64,000 bases of DNA, from assembly GCA_041674405.1 (NCBI GenBank), contig JBAYVT010000004.1, positions 74,599-138,598 of the forward strand, in the 5' to 3' direction. Positions within the stretch are counted from its first letter, which is position 1. Every line of letters starts with the position of its first letter. The notes beneath the pieces were generated by a model, which saw nothing but the letters and a program-made list of their open reading frames with translations, searched no databases and was not told the DNA's origin. Source of the stretch: Patescibacteria group bacterium. GTDB taxonomy: Bacteria; Patescibacteriota; UBA1384; XYA2-FULL-43-10. This document shows, piece after piece, positions 61,306 to 64,000 of the stretch. Position numbers and translations under genes: made by a program.

Positions 61306-63273
61306 TTGGGGGCAATGACAAAAAGGGTTCTCAACGGGCTCGAACTAAAGGGTATTTTAAGCTATATGGCAAAGGGCAAAGAAAAGAAAAAATTACAAAT
61401 TAAAATCAATTTTGATTTTTTAAAGAGTAAATATTTGCGTTATGTGGCACTAGGAATTGCTGCAATTCTTATTTTGCTTTTGATCACATTTGGTATTTAT
61501 TCAATCTCGTATGCGCATAAATCTTACAAGAATATCAAGATCGGGGATATTGCCTTGGGTGGCAAAACTGAGGGAGAAATAAAAGATATTTTACAGACGA
61601 ATTCAAATCAATTTTTGGCAAAAAATATCATTCTTTCTTATCAGGGAGACAATCCAAAAGATTATCAAGTTGCCCCTGCTGATATCGGATTGGCTTATGA
61701 TGTCGATGGGAGTATGAAGAGAGTGATGGGGATCGGGCGTGATAGAGGTATTTTCCGTGACTTCTGGGAACAGCTAAAATCCGTATTTTCTGAACAAAAT
61801 GTGCCAATGCTTTATAGCGTGAATGATTCAGCCCTTTCGGACAAAATTGCCGCAATTGCAAAAGAAGTTGATATACCGGAAAAAGATTATTCGATTTCGT
61901 ACCAAGGTGGGGAATTTGTTCTCTCTACCGAAAGAGCGGAGGGCAAAAGGATCGATCAATTGGGATTGATCAATAATGTCAAATATCAAATTTCAAATGT
62001 CAAAAGTAATCCGATTGCATTCAACGCACAGAAATATGTGCCGCAGGTAGATGAAGTGAAGGCGCAAAAACGGCTTTCTGAGGCGCAGAATATTCTTTCT
62101 GGCGGTGATTTGGTTCTAAATTATAAAGATTTTGAATTTACCTTGGGCGGCGATGATATTGGGAAATTGATTTTATCCAAGACTGATGGAGATGATCTGA
62201 AACTATATGTGTCTTCCGAACAAGCCACGAATCAAATCAAAAACATGGCGACAACTATCAATTCCGAGCCTGTCAATGCACAATTTTCGGTTGTTGGGGG
62301 AAGCGTTACAGCTTTTGCAGTGTCGAAAGACGGATTAAAGTTGGACGAAAACCAGACCAAAGTGGATATCGAAAATGCACTACTTGGCAGGGTTTACAAA
62401 GTAGCCGAGGGAATTGATACAAAAAAAATCAGCCTGAAAGTTGCTGTCACTAAACCGGCCGTTTCTTCGGATGATGCAGGAAAATATGGCTTAAAAGAAT
62501 TGGTATCTACCGGTGTCACAACGTTTACCGGTTCGCCCTCAAATCGAATTCACAATATCAATGTGGGTGCAGCTGCTATCAATGGTGCTCTCTTGGCACC
62601 AGGAGAAACTTTCTCGACCCTAGGACGCTTAGGAAAAATTGATGCATCCACAGGTTATCTTCCGGAATTAGTAATAAAGAACGATAAGACAGTGCCGGAT
62701 TATGGCGGAGGGCTGTGCCAGGTTTCAACCACCCTTTTTCGTGCAGCATTGAATTCGGGAATGGAAATAGTCGAGCGGCAGAATCACTCTTATCGCGTAT
62801 CCTATTACGAACCGCCGGTTGGGATGGACGCGACAATTTTTGATCCAGCCCCTGATTTTAAATTCAAAAATAATTACAATTCATACATTCTGATCCAAGC
62901 CCAAGTCGTCGGGACTAAGATTACTTTTCAGTTTTATGGCACAAAAGATTCAAGGATTATCTCAATTGGGACTCCGTCGGTTTACGATGTGATAAGCCCA
63001 CCTACTCCTCTTGAGATACCGACAGACACTCTTAAGGTTGGTGAAAAGAAAAAAATCGACTCCGGCCATCCGGGGGCGACAGCGAGCTTTCATTATAAAG
63101 TCACCCGTGACGGAGCGATTTTACAGGAAAAAGATTTTGTATCGAAATATGTTCCTTGGCAGGAAAAATGGCTGGTTGGAACGGTTCAGCCGGAACCTGT
63201 CCCTGAGCCCGCACCTGAACCCACTCCCGAGCCGGCTACGCCAACGGCTGATCCTGCAACTCCAACAACATAA
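61306..63273 (+). CDS. VanW-family protein with an N-terminal TM anchor and a Pro/Glu/Thr-rich C-terminal tail.
   Basis: The VanW-domain block GGGLCQVSTTLFRAALNSGMEIVERQNHSYRVSYYEPPVGMDATIF. The tail is PEPVPEPAPEPTPEPATPTADPATPTT. The start may be 61369 (MAKGKEKKK). Confidence 0.7.
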   Translation: MGAMTKRVLNGLELKGILSYMAKGKEKKKLQIKINFDFLKSKYLRYVALGIAAILILLLITFGIYSISYAHKSYKNIKIGDIALGGKTEGEIKDILQTNSNQFLAKNIILSYQGDNPKDYQVAPADIGLAYDVDGSMKRVMGIGRDRGIFRDFWEQLKSVFSEQNVPMLYSVNDSALSDKIAAIAKEVDIPEKDYSISYQGGEFVLSTERAEGKRIDQLGLINNVKYQISNVKSNPIAFNAQKYVPQVDEVKAQKRLSEAQNILSGGDLVLNYKDFEFTLGGDDIGKLILSKTDGDDLKLYVSSEQATNQIKNMATTINSEPVNAQFSVVGGSVTAFAVSKDGLKLDENQTKVDIENALLGRVYKVAEGIDTKKISLKVAVTKPAVSSDDAGKYGLKELVSTGVTTFTGSPSNRIHNINVGAAAINGALLAPGETFSTLGRLGKIDASTGYLPELVIKNDKTVPDYGGGLCQVSTTLFRAALNSGMEIVERQNHSYRVSYYEPPVGMDATIFDPAPDFKFKNNYNSYILIQAQVVGTKITFQFYGTKDSRIISIGTPSVYDVISPPTPLEIPTDTLKVGEKKKIDSGHPGATASFHYKVTRDGAILQEKDFVSKYVPWQEKWLVGTVQPEPVPEPAPEPTPEPATPTADPATPTT

Positions 63274-63284
63274 ACTATATTTGT

Positions 63285-63850
63285 GCTCTAAGACGCAATT
63301 TCGGCCCAGGTGAACACACCGGGCCGAAAGGTTAACCATGCCCGAAACGGGCAGGAGAGATTGGGGGTTACCCGGGAACTCTGCTCGGCAACCGTCACCG
63401 ACACCATCACCGACAACTGGCAACGACACCGAACTCTGAGCAGTAATAGTACAGCGCTCATCAACCACAGAACCATCCGTGGTCGGGGAACGACTCTGAC
63501 GCCGTGCGCGCTGACATCGGGTAACCGAAACTGGAATATCTTGACCCCGCCACTCGGCGGAGATTGGCTACGAAAGCCTGGTCGATCGAGGCATCGGTTT
63601 CACCCTTCCGGCGGAAAGCTGAACAAGCGATGCATAGCGCTATCTCCAGGCAGTCGACAGGGGAGCCACCTCCCAGCAAACAGCATACACATGCTACGCG
63701 TTTTGCGTTTGTGGTGGCGCTACGTGGGGAGAATCTCACAGCTAACATACGTACTAGCTGATCGAAACCCCTATAGGCAGTGGTTGCACCCATTTTCCAT
63801 GCATGCTGCGCCTCTCTGTATCTGTAAACTATCAAACACAGCTTCCTAAG
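63285..63850. other. GC-rich island H whose content I could not resolve. Both strands carry long ORFs with implausible Arg/Cys/Trp-rich translations. It is either a degenerate or mis-framed gene cassette, or a structured RNA.
   Basis: There is an abrupt composition shift. The ORFs 63310..63849(+) and 63461..63835(-) have unprotein-like composition. I checked by eye for RNase P, tmRNA and group II intron signatures and found no convincing match. Confidence 0.3.
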
Positions 63851-63880
63851 TCAAGTTTGTGTTGGATGAAAGAAAGTAAT

Positions 63881-63946
63881 CCGTAGTCTGTGACCTGTGA
63901 AGTAAAAGAATTTTTTAAGGACTACGAAGACAGACTACAGACTAAT
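63881..63946. repeat. Two intergenic copies of the (GACTACR)n heptamer repeat family, in opposite orientations.
   Basis: ccgtagtctgtgacctgtgaag ... ggactacgaagacagactacagactaat. Confidence 0.7.
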
Positions 63947-63974
63947 AATTTTAGCTATGCTAAAATAAAATTGA

Positions 63975-64000
63975 TGAAAGAATTTGCCTATCATCAGTGG
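63975..64000 (+). CDS. 5' end of a plus-strand gene (MKEFAYHQW...) that runs off the window.
   Basis: ATG at 63975 with an open frame to the window end. Confidence 0.3.

Noticed and set aside
63285-63850. RNase P RNA, tmRNA or a group II intron as an explanation for GC-rich island H
   Set aside because: I searched both strands by eye for the conserved boxes: GGAAAGUCCGGGCUCC, AGGGUGAAANGGUGCGGUAAGAGCGCACC and ACAGAANCCGGCUUA (RNase P); the tmRNA 5'-GGGG...UUCGAC, ANDENYALAA-type tag and T-loop; and the domain V GUACGG motif. I found only 4-6 nt partial matches. That is not enough to make a call, so the island is kept as unresolved.
1-64000. CRISPR arrays and tRNA/rRNA genes
   Set aside because: No run of regularly spaced 25-40 bp direct repeats was seen. 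The tandem repeats present have 7-8 bp units. No tRNA-like GTTCGAATCC / TAGCTCAGTTGG-type boxes or rRNA signature strings were found in any intergenic region on manual scanning.

Overview
This window is an AT-rich, gene-dense bacterial chromosome segment whose gene content resembles a reduced genome (possibly CPR/Patescibacteria-like; that is inference). Short or insert-bearing housekeeping genes support this: uppP, PAP2 phosphatase, a Xer-type tyrosine recombinase, a shortened MurE, a FemAB-family transferase, tsaD and a short ValRS. Leaderless-looking promoters and 4-nt ATGA gene overlaps are common. No tRNA, rRNA or CRISPR array was found by eye.

The main contents are as follows.
(1) Core genes at 1-14.5 kb.
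(2) An HTH(excisionase-family)-Doc toxin-antitoxin pair with two palindromic operators laid over its promoter (14.55-15.27 kb).
(3) A GNAT / M20-peptidase / GNAT group.
(4) A cell-surface glycan locus of about 35 kb (21.7-56.6 kb). It carries GT2 and GT4 glycosyltransferases, two Wzx-like flippases, three tandem O-antigen-ligase/Wzy-like proteins and three paralogous giant GT-C-like membrane proteins. It also carries a UDP-Glc to UDP-GlcA to UDP-Xyl module, a DegT/Gfo/LbH-acetyltransferase aminosugar module with an embedded ferredoxin, a B12-radical SAM enzyme with an unusual Cx4Cx2C motif, and a lone LarA-like protein.
(5) VanW and membrane proteins at the 3' end.

Two genome-scale oddities stand out. 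First, at least eight discrete GC-rich cassettes lie in the AT-rich backbone. Each is a single gene or small gene set and most are bounded by a strong GC-rich hairpin. They encode a membrane protein, small proteins, GNATs, a possible CoA-binding protein, a TIM-like protein and three lipoproteins. Second, short tandem repeats of mostly 7-bp units repeated three times are inserted in frame into conserved proteins. The clearest is a (GACTACR)n module encoding L-[QR]-T-[TK]-D-Y-x-L-x-T in four different proteins, plus non-coding copies.
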